DNA of 47,359 bases, the filler included, from Jimgerdemannia flammicorona (lineage: Eukaryota): NCBI GenBank assembly GCA_003990765.1. It is 2 parts of 2 records of this genome, joined end to end, with 100 filler letters (N's around TTAATTAATTAA, not from the genome) between each part and the next. Parts side by side here need not be neighbours in the genome. Positions count along the whole stretch, not along the records: positions 1 to 23,630 come from RBNJ01001086.1; 1 more part is not named here. One strand, given 5' to 3'. Below, in pieces: positions 1-11,620 of the stretch. Within the stretch, counting starts at the first letter, position 1, and every line of letters begins with the position of its first letter. Under the pieces are notes generated by a model. The model searched no databases, was not told where the DNA came from, and saw only the letters and a program-made list of their open reading frames with translations. The translations under genes and the position numbers were made by a program.

Positions 1-411
1 AAAAAAAAAGAAATATTAAAGGCCAGAATGGGCCTCTTAGTCATATTTATACTAACAACCAGAACTGCATTTTCTGTAATAGTAGTATCTGTGATTATAA
101 CAGAGACTGTTTCTATTATTATCAGAATACTTATAATTAGTATATCTATTATTAAGCTGATCTATTATAGTATATATAGTATATATTATAGTATATATAT
201 TTTAGAGATGTATTGCTATAGTTATTACTGCTTAGTACTAGTAGAGCTCATAACCTTTGTTATATAAGAGGGTATTTTTATTGAACTTACATAAATTACA
301 TATTTTATATTAATGATAAATAATATAAAACTGATAAAATAGTATAAGTCTTATACTGATATATTGAGTTACTATTTCAATAGTTTTATTTAAATAATAT
401 TTAGTTAAAAT

Positions 412-739
412 GCAGAGGAGGAAGAAGGCCCAGTGGGAGCCAAGGGAGTAATGTGGAATAGTGTGTATAAGGGGGATGAACAAAGAACATAATTGAAAAT
501 GCATCAGCTATTTATTACCACATAAAAATGCAGTCCTTATATACAAAATACGACATCCCAAAAGGGAGGATGTGCCACAACTTGGGGCAAACTGAATTAG
601 GAACCACATGACTACCAGAGATAGATGGAGATAAAGAGGGAGCCAATCCCAGTTGCAGGATAAAAATCACAAATAAACACAAATAAAACAAATCCAAATT
701 GAGATTAAAAAACATCTACAGACCCCAGAGGGGTGAGCA
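412..739 (-). repeat. Inverted partial copy of the PLE pseudo-LTR
   Basis: Reverse complement of about 846-1207 and about 4505-4862 (e.g. gaggaggaagaaggcccagtgggagccaagggagt vs actcccttggctcccactgggccttcttcctcctc), with a roughly 35-nt deletion near 449. Confidence 0.92.
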
Positions 740-1205
740 CTCACTCTGGGGTCTCAGCCTTACTCTGCTCCCCTCTGCTGCCTTTGGCCCCTTGCTTCAC
801 TCAGGCTCACTGTGGCTTGCTCCATTTTGGTCTCACCCCTTGCTCATGCTTACCCCTCTGGGGTCTGCAGATGTTTTTTAATCTCAATTTGAATTTGTTT
901 TATTTGTGTTTGTTTGTGATTTTTATCCTGCAACTGGGATTGGCTCTCTCTTTATCTCCACCTATCTCTAGTGGTCATGTGGTTCCTAATTCAGTTTGCC
1001 CCGAGTTGTGGTACATCCTCTCTTTTGGGACATTGTATTTTGTATATAAGGACCACATTTTTATATGGCAATAAATGGCTGATATATTTTTGGTTATATT
1101 CTTTGTTCATCCCCCTTATACATGCTATTCCACATATCTTCCGTTCACTTTGACACTGGCTCTGGGTTCACTCTCTTGGCTCCTACTGGGCCTTCTTCCT
1201 CCTCT
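740..1205 (+). repeat. 5' pseudo-LTR of the PLE
   Basis: Direct repeat of 4398-4862; both begin ctcactctggggtctcagccttactctgctcccc and end gggccttcttcctcctc. Confidence 0.92.
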
Positions 1206-2300
1206 GCTGTACTGCCTGCCCTTGGGGCCTCTGTCCTCATTGACGAGCTTATGGATGAGGCTCTCCCTCCTCCTCCTCCCCCTGCCTTCACCCCTGCCAC
1301 TGTCTCATTCAAGACCTATATCTTGTCTGCCATCCTTTCTCTCCCCCTGGACCTTCATCCCTCTGATCATCTGCTCCTCTCTCAGTTCTGGTTGGTTCTT
1401 ACTCTCTCTACTAAGGAGGCTCATCTCTGCTATGACATCAACATCATCGCTCTACCTGCTGTCTGCTACTCCATTCTCCCCGAGGCCCACTGCCAAGCTC
1501 TCTCCGAAGAGGTTCATATCACCACTGCCACCACCAAGCTCACCACTGCTGATGCTGCTACCACTTCTGCCACCACTGCTTCTGCCTCCTTCCACTATAC
1601 CTGTGCTGCCTTCATGGCCTTCACCTCTTCTCACCTTTCAGATGCTGCCCTCTTCTATGACTTTGCCATCCAAGACATTCCTTCCATTGTCACTGACATC
1701 AATGCTGTGCATCATTTTCTTCTTACTGGCATCTCTTTTGTTACTTGCCTTTACAAGCAGGAGATGTCATGCACTGCCGCTGCTACTCACACCGCCACCA
1801 CTGCTCCCCTACCTGCCTCCCCTGAGGTTTTGGTCTCCAAGACCATTTGTGCCAAAGCTCATGCTGCTGCTCATGCTGAGGTCCATTCCTTCGCTGCTAC
1901 CACTACCAAGACCCCCTCCAAGACCCCTGCCAAGACCCCTGCCAAGCCCAACCAGGCTTCATCAGCCTCTTCTTAGTCTCTCTTCCCTGCCAAGGCTTTC
2001 TCCTCTATTCCCCCTACCCCTAAGCATGGCCACCAACTTGGTTCTTGCCCTGTCAGGGCCTGACCTTGCACTGTCTGCTCCGGTCACCTCCACCATGTCT
2101 ACTGGCACCTGGCCAAGTCCATCTGTCCTCATGGTGGTATTCCTCATGCTGCTGTCCCTTCAGCTGCTTGCTCACCTTTGGCCTCCTCCACCAGTTCCTC
2201 CTCTGCCTTCTCCACCCATGCCCCCAAATGTAAGGACTGCACGAAAGCCTGTGGCTGCAAGGTCTGGCACTCTGATGGGGTGTACTCCTGTTTGTCGGGC
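1122..2300 (+). pseudogene. PLE ORF1 / N-terminal region (Pro-rich start, Ala/Thr-rich helical part, KTPA repeats), decayed
   Basis: ORF 1122-1976 has strong third-position C/T bias; the frame appears to continue through transition-derived stops; lies upstream of the RT. End coordinate approximate. Confidence 0.55.
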
Positions 2301-2559
2301 TTGCCATCTTCAAAAAAAGTCAGAGAGAAGGGGAAGGCCTCCTGCTCTTAAACTTCCCTCTGGCATAATTCTCCCCCAGTATCCCCATCCCTTCTTGGAT
2401 TCCATTGTCACTTCTGGTGTACCCTGAGTGGTTCCTCATATTGTCCCCCTTTCACCTTTCCCAGTTGCTTGTCCTGAACTTTTGGGTTTACTCTTCTCTT
2501 AGAACTCTTTTGTCTCCTCCTTTTTCTCTGGCTAACTGTCCCCTTTCTCCTCTTTAAGT

Positions 2560-4255
2560 CTTTGCCTTATCCTTGGGTCCTCGCTTCATTTTTCCTGCAA
2601 CTCCCTCACAATTTTCTTTCACTGATCCAGCTTGTTTCACATGTTTTCATTGTGCTCTTGACCTTGCCATTTTCTTTCAAGATCATGGTGAGATGTCCTC
2701 TCACTATTTTGTTTCTAGTGATTGGGTCCCCCCTCCCAATGTCTCTTCACACTGCATATTCCTTAACATGGCCTGCTCACTGTCTGTTCCCAGATGTACT
2801 TGCTCTTGCTTGGTTTTGGACCATGCTGTGTGTACTATGCTTAAATCGGTCAAGCAATTGCCCATGCATTTACTCATAGTCACTGATAAAAATCAGGGTT
2901 TTGTGCTTATTCCTAAGTCACTCTACCTTGATGGCCTTTCTGCCCTTCTTTGAGCCATGGCTTATGAGCCTAGTGCTCTTGGATTGGATGAGATTCTCAC
3001 TCTTCTTCAGGCTTCTCTGGCTCATACTAGATTGCTTTTGGACTCTCCATTTGTGAACTCTATTTTTAACTTCTTCCAGGACTCTTTGTCCTCCCTGGAT
3101 ATTTCTCTTCCAGTTTTTTATACTCTTCCTAAAGTTCACAAGCCTATTTTGGCTTGGCATTCCATTATAGCTGCTTATAGTTCTCCTATCACCAAGATTT
3201 TGAAGTGGTTATCCTGCTTCTTCCTCTCCTGGATGGCTCTCTTACAACACCATCTTGGGCCTGAGTATACTATTCTTCATGATACTCAGGAGCTCGCCCT
3301 TCTCTGCTCCACCATTGTGCCTGTTCACCATTTTTCCCATTTGGCCTCTGGTGATTTCTCTTCCTTTTATACTGCTATTTATTTTGATGAGATCGATGAT
3401 TGCCTTCACTTCTTGGATTCCATTGTTTTTCCTTTGGACTCCCTGGTTTTGCTAGCTTCCATTGTGGAGCTTATGCTCCTCATCTGTGGCTCTAATTATT
3501 TTGAGTTAGCTCTTGGCTTCTTTTACCAGACTTCTGATATTGCTATGGGAATGAATTGTGCCCCCACCCTTACCAACCTTGTTGGTCTGGTCCATGAATT
3601 GCATGCATTACATGATATTTCTTCATCTTTTTCCATTGTGTTTCGGGCTGGGAATATCTTCTTTCACTGATACATTGATGACTTTATTGTCTTTGCTGTT
3701 GCTAATATTGATATCCCTAGTGTGTTTCTGGGCATCTACCCTCCCTACCATTCTATTACCTGGGTGTGTGGTATGACTAGTATCCTCTTTTTGGACCTTT
3801 CCATTTCTCTTTCTCCCTTCCAAACTGTTGTTTATTCCCATTTTCCCCATTCCCAACAGTTCCCTAACTTCTTGTCCAATCATCCTTGTCGTACTCTTCT
3901 TAAATGTATTCATGGTGAGGCTTGTCATCTTGCACTATACTGCTCCTGTCGTTCTGATTGGGTGTCTGCTGTTCAGGTTCTTGGCAACTTCATGGTCCAT
4001 CATCATGTCTATCCTATTTCTATCATTTGCGATCTGCTTGCTTCTGTTGAATGGTCTGTTATTTGCTCTTCTCTTCTCTCTCCTCTTTATCCCCCCTCCC
4101 TTTCCTCCCTCCCCCCTTATCCTCTCCATACCCCCTCTTCTTTCCCACCTCTGATTCTTATCATACCATTTGATCATGCTTGCTGGGTTGCTCAATACCC
4201 TGATTTTGTCCTACACTCTTCTCTTTCACACCATAGACTTTCATCTCTTTCTTGA
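2560..4255 (+). pseudogene. Penelope-type reverse transcriptase, interrupted by stops
   Basis: Three in-frame ORF pieces (2573, 2957, 3722) with LSLGPRFIFP, TDKNQG, FYTLPKVHKP, DFSSFYTAI, YQTSDIAMGMNCAPTLTNL, FFH*YIDD, LFLDL, HP...IHGE...YCS, LIIPF. These match PLE RT motifs (DKG, YxLPKIHK, DxxSLYT, QxxGxAMG, RYIDD, FLD). Confidence 0.9.
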
Positions 4256-4397
4256 TGCCATCTGATTGCTCGTTTGCATCTTCCTTCTGTTTCTTCTTTA
4301 ATCCATCGCTCTCGTTTTGCATTTTCATCACCTTCTGGTACCTCTGGCTCTGCTGGAGAGGATTAAAAAACATCCTTGCCCCCTCTGGGGTCTTGTG

Positions 4398-4862
4398 CTC
4401 ACTCTGGGGTCTCAGCCTTACTCTGCTCCCCTCCACTGTCTTTGGCCCCTCACTTCACTTGAGCTCACTACAGCTCACTCTGTTTCGGCCTCACCCCTCA
4501 CTCATGCTCACCCCTCTGGGGTCTGTGGATGTTTTTTAATCTCGATTTGGATTTGTTTTATTTATATTTGTTTGTGATTTTTATCCTACAACTGGGATTG
4601 GCTCTCTCTTTATCTCTGCCTATCTCTGGCAGTCATGTGGTTGCTAATTCAGTTTGCCCTGAGTTGTGGTGCATCCTCCTTTTTGGAATGTCATATTTTG
4701 TATATAAGGACCATGTTTTTACATGGCAATAAACAGCTGATACATTTTCGGTTACGTTCTTTGTTTGTCCCCCTTATACATGCTATTCCACATATCTTTC
4801 ATTCGCTTTGACACTGGCTCTGGGTTCACTCCCTTGGCTCCCACTGGGCCTTCTTCCTCCTC
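4398..4862 (+). repeat. 3' pseudo-LTR of the PLE
   Basis: Direct repeat of 740-1205, differing mostly by transitions. Confidence 0.92.
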
Positions 4863-4892
4863 AGTTATAAAGTTATACTAGATAGTTTTAGA

Positions 4893-4895
<3 letters not shown>

Positions 4896-4927
<32 letters not shown>

Positions 4928-6911
4928 ATATAGACTCTGCCATTTATTATCAGTCTATAGATATAATTACAATATCTTCTCTCACTACTCAATCCCTATA
5001 GGAGAACTCCCCCCCTATACTTTCATACTTGAAAATTACCCTATTATCTACTACTCCAACTCTCCTCCCAAATTTTCTCTACCAAATAATGCCACTGACT
5101 ACTTTATAGACCCCAACCAATCTATCAGCCCATCAGAGTATTCTCTATCAATTCTTCTCATCTCAGCAGCTGCACCCCAAGCCCAGATATCTCCTTTCCT
5201 CAAAAACAAATAATCAGTGATCTGCCAACTCCACCTATACAGCTAGTACTCAACCTAAAGTAAGCTACTCTATCCCAACTCCTCTCACTAATCTATCTTA
5301 CAAATTCTCCTACTAATCTCTCACACCATCTCTCCTATACACTATACCCAATCATTTCCTAACTACTATCTAGAAGTTACTAAGTACCTTGTACTCTTTT
5401 AGCCAATATTCTGGTATCTGTACAAAATCTCCTTTCTGTCTAATATTATAGCACTCCTCACAGTCAAAGCTTCTCCCCTCTACAAGATGGTCTGAGCAAA
5501 AGTTAAGCATAACATTCCTCTTTAATATATACCACTAGACTACTCAATACTTCAGTAGTAGTCACTGCTGAACCTCAGCACTCTAGGCCCAGACCCTATT
5601 CTAGTCCCACTCTTCTTCTATATTTACCAACTACTATCTGCTGGGCTATAGATTCTGCTCTAACCCCTTCTGGTACTCAACCCCATCATCAATATCAAAA
5701 TTACCTAGAGGAATGCCCCCTAACAATACTCAGTCTCATCTCTATATTACTAGACCTCAAGACATCTCTCCTTTATCTCTCTGCTAATGAATTTCAATAT
5801 AGTGTACTCCATCTACTACTCCCTATCAGAAGTCCTTAAATCAAATGTGCTCATTATTCTGAAGTCTAATCAAGGACAGTAGATCTCTTATAAAGCCTCT
5901 CAATAAGGACCTTATCTCCCAGACCTTCTTTATAAAGAAAACTCAGCTATCATCTCTCAGCTCTATAACTCTCTTCAGCCATCATGCTCTCAGACAGTAT
6001 AATCTCTTTAGAAAGTCAACCAGCCTAAGTTTCTCTTGAGCCACTGGTAAAGACAAGATTTCCCAGCTAATCTGGCTCCTCTTTCTGGCCCAGATCCACT
6101 CCTTGGCTAATTTCAATAATTTCTTTACTACCCAGACCAGGAAGTCCAGATAATAAGCCAGATACCACAACTTTGGCAGCTAGTAAGCATTCAAAATTGA
6201 AACATGCCCTGCCAGAGACAAGTGGTGACCTCTCCAACTCTACAGAGCCTCTCTCCAGATTACAATTTACTGCTCCCACCAGAGTCTTGATAGAACTGAT
6301 CCATATACTAAGAGATAGATACCCAAGTATCTCATCATCTCTCTAGTAGGGACAATTGTTCTGATGACATCTCCCCCCACCAGATCATTATCCAACACTA
6401 TTGTTTCACACTTGTACCAATTGAGTTTAGTCCCAGAGTATACCTTATATCACTCTATAGTTTTCTTGAGTTTCTCAACATCAGTGATTAAGCTTAGGCT
6501 GACCATCATATCATCTGTAAAGGTGCTGACTTTTCACCCAATGCCATATATTGAAAGTCCTACTATCATCAAAGACTCTAAAGAGAGAGCATACAGAATG
6601 GGAGACAGTGAGTCCTCCTGAGGAACACTCCTATCTAGAGAGAAAGTCACTCCTCAATGCCTATTACACATGAGTGCAGCTCTACTCCCCTCTAGTAGGC
6701 TAACCATTACTACTTAGAACTACTGAGAAATGCTAATCTGATCCAGTACCTTTGCTATCCAGACCTACCATATATGGTCATATGTCTTTTCCTGATCTAG
6801 AAAGACAAGGTACCCATCTAGTCTATAGATATGTACCCTTCAATAATACTATATATCCAAGCTATATCATCTCTAATGAGCCAGCCTCCTACAAAGCCTC
6901 ACTACTCTATA
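4896..6911 (-). mobile_element. 5'-truncated L1/Tx1-clade LINE (RT core to poly(A))
   Basis: Poly(T) at about 4896-4921 is the poly(A) tail; minus strand gives FLDQEKTYDH, GVPQEDSLSPILY, FTDD, KLWY...WIW...ISWEILSLP; many stops. Confidence 0.9.
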
Positions 6912-6997
6912 CTATCTTTCTTCAGTAACATTTAGATTATATAACCTTTTGGTAACACTTACAATATAGTTTTCAGAGAGAAGAGTCTAGTAATATA

Positions 6998-9030
6998 GTG
7001 ATCAATGTATATTCTGAAGTATATACTGGGCAGGATGGCCCTAGTGTATTTGACTGGCAGTATGTAGAGAGGGGTCCTGGCTTGAGAGGAATTATGAGAG
7101 GTCTGCTGGCAGAAGGACATAGACAGAGAGGAAGTAGAGTTAGAGGGCAGGAGATAGAGAGGATAAGTTTTGCAGATATGACAAAGAGAGAACAGCTGGT
7201 ATTTGAGCTGAAGAGCTGGCTGAGGAAGAACAAGGAGACAATGAAGACAACTGAGTATGAGAGAGCAGCCCTTGGTGGTAGGAGTAGTGGAGCTGGGGGT
7301 ATAGTGGCTGAAGTGAGTGTGATGGCTAATAGTAATGAGATTACCAATCTGGAAAAAAATCCAGATATGACTACTAATAGTGGAGCTGAGAGGATGGAGC
7401 TTGGATGAATAGGGGATCTGGCAGATGGTATAATGGGCCTGGCAGATAGTGTAATGGGCCTGGTAGTGGCCCTGTCACTCAAGAAGTTAATCTTGGAGTT
7501 TACAGTTACTTTGTACTTTAGAGGCTTGGTAGTGATAGTATGAATAGTACTGGGGCTGATTGCTAAGTAGGTGGCTGAAGTTGTATCTGTGAAGTTTCTG
7601 AAGAGATTAGAAGAAGTAGAGGTTAGTTTTGAGGAGACTGGGCTATTAGAGGAAGTGCTGAAGGCTGGGCTGACTATTGGAGAGATATATATTCTAATAA
7701 TACACTGCTTGAGGTGAGACCTCAGAGTAGTGCAGTTACTGATAAAAGGAGTGCCTACAGTAATCACTGAGGAGATGAGAAGGAGAGTTAAGGAAGTCAT
7801 GGCCAAGTATAGAGAGATAGTTAATATTGGGTTCTGAGTCTGGAAGGGGACCTCATTCTAGACTGAAGATGTTGATATTAGGATTTGGTTGGCAGGAAAG
7901 AAAGCTATTGGAAAGGCTAGAGACTGACCTTTGATAATAGTTTGGGGAGCTTTTTGTACAAGGTAATAAGGGTGAAGGAGAGTAAGAAGGAGGAAGAGGA
8001 TTTGTTGGAGATATTGGAGGAGCTGAGTAGTACTGTAGAGTAGAGAGCAAAGGCTTAGAAGGTATATATCAAGTCAATATATTTGGAAGTGGTAGATGGA
8101 AAGAGAATTTATATAGATAAGGGGCTGTGGGAAAGATTCCAAGAATGCAAGAGGCAGAGAGAGCTGTTGGTGAACCTGGAGAGCTGGGTGAAGAAGAATG
8201 TTGGTGGTATTGAAATCATAAGGAGAGTCAAGGAGAGTGTCTGGGCTGATGAAAATAGAGAGAATACAGAGAAGGGGCCAGAAGTGGACAAAGAGGCAAC
8301 TGGGTATAACTCTTATGCAGATGGTACTTTTGAGGTCTGAGAAGACTTTCTAATCCCTATATCTGTTGTTAGATGAGATCTAGCTTCAAGGGGCAGAGTG
8401 GCAGAGAATGTGTCCATATAGGGAGCTCAGCAAGTATACTTTGGAATTCCTAAGATAGCAAAGAGAAGGCAGGTGGTAGTGGCTGATGAGGATGAACTGG
8501 TAGATATCTAAGAAGAGGAGTGAGATAAGGCTGTAAGTGTAAGGGTTAATATCTCAATACAGGATGGAGGGAGGCCAGCAACTCCTGGAGGAAAGGAGGT
8601 GAGAAACCTTCTATAGATGTACAAGATGATGAACAACTTTGTAGTAGAGGAGCTGGGGGAGGTGGATCTGTAAGTGATGAGTGAAGAGTATTAGGTATGT
8701 ATCCTATAGAGTGGTAGAGGCACTAAAGGTAGAGATTCTTGCAGTTTTCCTAGAGAAGGAAGGGTATGAGATTGATAAGAAGAGGGAGGCTGAGCTGGTA
8801 GTTGCTGCTAGTATTCTGTTAAGCAGAGTGGCATAGATTGCAGCTCTGGCAGGAGGCCTGCCTGGAATATCATGAGGATTTTGAGGAGAAGAAGAATGGG
8901 GAGCTTGTAGAACTTCTGGTTGGATTAGAGGCTAAGAGAACTGAAGAGAAGGGGGTGGCTGCTAAATATGATCTAAACTTGGCTCAGGAGGAGATAAATA
9001 TGGAACAGTAGAGAATATGCTTATTATTTC
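6998..9030 (+). pseudogene. LINE ORF1 (nucleic-acid-binding, RRM-like), decayed
   Basis: VQLLIKGVPTVITEEMRRRVKEVMAKYREIVNIGF (about 7728-7835) resembles L1/Tx1 ORF1 RRM regions; located upstream of ORF2. Boundaries approximate. Confidence 0.65.
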
Positions 9031-9042
9031 ACATTATTTCTT

Positions 9043-11576
9043 ATGAACAGTACAACCAACATTTTTTCTTTGAATGTAAATGGGTTACAGGGTTTATTTT
9101 GATAATAGAACATTTTTGCTTAGCTGAAGAGATTGGAGGCTGATCTCTTTCTTTTACAGGATGTCAGATATGAGGATGATTTGGATAAACTGGAATAGAC
9201 AAAGGAATAGAGAGGGGAGGTAGTTTGGAAGGGCAAGGTTAGGATTCTGGTCTAGAGGGGTAGAGGGGAGATATAAGATATGTGGAACTGGGGAGACAGG
9301 CTGGTCTGGAGAGAGTGGATTTGTACTGGTCAAGAGCTAGTTATAGTGGAATTCTGCTACTGCCCTGCTGTACAGAGTGAGTATATAGGGTGGGTGAAGG
9401 GTCTTCAGAAGAAAGAGACCCTAGCAGAGGCTGGAGTAGATGTGCTTGGCAGGGACTTTAATATGGTCAGAGATGTACTATTGAATAGAACTAATAGAGG
9501 GTAGAGGGTAGAGGGTAGGAGTGGAGGTTTGGAGGTATAGAAGGAAGTAGAGCAGTTGAGTACTTTATTGAATACTGGCAGAGGGTTTTGGGGTGATAGG
9601 AGGGTATATGTATTGGGCAAATGATCTGAAGATAAAGATAGACTGGATTTTGATGGTAGACTACTGGGGCCTAGATGTTTGAAGATCACTGGAGGCTGAA
9701 TGGTATCCATGGTCTGATCATTAGAGATTATTAGAATAGAGCTATTTTGGAGAGAGTGAAGATGAACTGAGACATTGGTACCTCAACTTCTCCTTGTTAG
9801 ACAATAAGGTACTATAGGACAAGTAGGCTGAGGATATTTGGCAGAGAGTAAAGGGATGGATACAGGAAGGTGCCCTAGTTAGAGTTAGGTAGATGAGGCT
9901 AAAAGAGGCTGCTAGGGTCTATTGGAGAGAGACCAGTAAGGTGGCTGGTAGATAGAGAAGGAAGAGGATATTGTGGGCTTCTGCTAGACTGATAAGACTG
10001 TTGGAAGATTGGGCAGATTTGTTGGCCCTAGAGAGGGTGGAGGATTGGAGATTATTATGGGTGAAAAAGGAGATTGTTGAGTTGTAACAGATATTGCAAG
10101 AGAAGGAGGAAGTACAGGTGCAGAGTTTGGTAGCATGACTACATTGATAGGGGCTGGAGGAAGGAGAGAGGTCCTCTAATTTTCTCACAAGAGTCCTTTA
10201 GATAAGAAGAGTTCAGCAGAGATAGGAGGGGGTTCTTGATTCTAAGGGGCTATTGGTACATGGTATATAAGATATTCTCAGATTATTGAAGGAGAGGTGG
10301 AGTAGTTTGTGGAGTGAGAAGGAGAGTGGGGCTGATGCTACCACCATTGATCATGTTTTAGAGGATTAGCACTTACCACAGGTAGAAGGACTGAGTGACC
10401 TGGTATTGCTTGCCCCTTTCTCCACTATCTTATCAGTCACAATAGTTTGGTAGGCAATCTTCTAAGTCCACTTTCCACAATTATTATCCCCTCTATCTCG
10501 GGTTGGTTTGCTGTATCTATTGCAGGGTAGTGGGAGGGAGGCAATGGTGATAAGTTGCCCCTTTATTAGTGTCAGATCAGTATCTTCTCTACTTTTTCAT
10601 AGTTTCTAGTACCTTTGGCTGTATCTGAAGTGTATCTGTTTTAGTGTAGTGCCTTCTTTCTTTTACCATCACCAATAAGGTGCTGTCTCAGTATATTATG
10701 AGCTATATAGGGAGTCAGCTGACCTTGGGCATCAAGTGCTCAGTATAGGTTACCTACAGATTCTCAGTACCTATAATGGGGCCCTCTGGCTTTAGCAAGC
10801 TTTCTGGTGAGTGTGGTTCTGATATAGGTGACTGCTTTTTAGGTATTGTCAGAATGGGAGGAGAGATAGTCATTACAGATAAGAGGAAGGACAATAATAG
10901 TAGACCAGTAGGGTGCCAGACTAGGGGCAGTTGTTGGGGCTGAGACAGGTGCTGCTTCAGTGGGGCCTTTTGATTGGTATGGAGCAGTTAGGTAGTAGGT
11001 ATCACTCTTGACTTCTTTTGGTAATTTGGCAGATTGGGCCCTAGTTGTTGGAGGGGGTCAGGGGGCCCAAGACTATCTATTTCAGATATCTTGGCTATAC
11101 TTAACTAGAACTAGGAGCTGATATAGCAATGTGATTAAGACCTATAGACTTGAGTAGTAGAGTATTGGGGGTCTCCTCCTGCCTTATATATAAGTCCTTT
11201 ACTTACCTCAACTAGAAGAACCAGGTTCTACCTACTATAATGTACTTTGATGAGAGTTTTTCTTTATCTGTCATTCTCTTTAGAGTGGTGGGAGCTATTC
11301 TATTTAGCTTGGACATAGCCTTGTATATATATTGGGTCTCAGACATGTGCTTTTGGTCATTGGTGTATGGCTGGGTTCCCCCTGGTGATAGAGAGAGTAT
11401 AGTGTGCAGAATGAGATATAGGCCAATATAGGCTCTACTGTATCTGGCATAGTTGAGCTGCTAGACAATAGCTAGCCTAGATTAATAGGGGAGCAGTACT
11501 TGATAGGTGGTGGGGGAGGGTTTTGGCCTATATAGTCTAGGTTCCCTTCTAATAAAAATCTACAGGACATTGAGTC

Positions 11577-11620
<44 letters not shown>

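Larger units (their letters stand above)
412..4862 (+). mobile_element. Penelope-like retroelement (PLE), apparently endonuclease-less (Coprina-like), decayed
   Basis: PLE-type RT motifs at 2573-4255; direct repeats 740-1205 and 4398-4862 (pseudo-LTRs); inverted partial copy at 412-739. This inverted-plus-direct terminal arrangement is typical of PLEs. Confidence 0.88.

Noticed and set aside
740..1205. Hammerhead ribozyme in the pseudo-LTR, as expected for many PLEs
   Set aside because: No CTGANGA core correctly placed with GAAA on either strand (only a lone minus-strand GGCCGAAAC near 4482-4490); hypermutation could have erased one, so unsupported rather than excluded.
1075..2427. 450-aa Leu/Pro/Ser-rich ORF as a real membrane protein
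   Set aside because: Shadow frame produced by the C/T-rich codon bias of the PLE ORF; the 1122 frame is the more plausible coding frame.
412..4862. DIRS/tyrosine-recombinase or LTR retrotransposon
   Set aside because: RT motifs are Penelope-type; no RNase H, integrase or tyrosine recombinase is seen, and there are no TG...CA ends.
4896..10410. Twin-priming inversion of a single LINE insertion
   Set aside because: The plus-strand copy contains its own RT and C-terminal region duplicating the minus-strand piece, so these are two separate copies.
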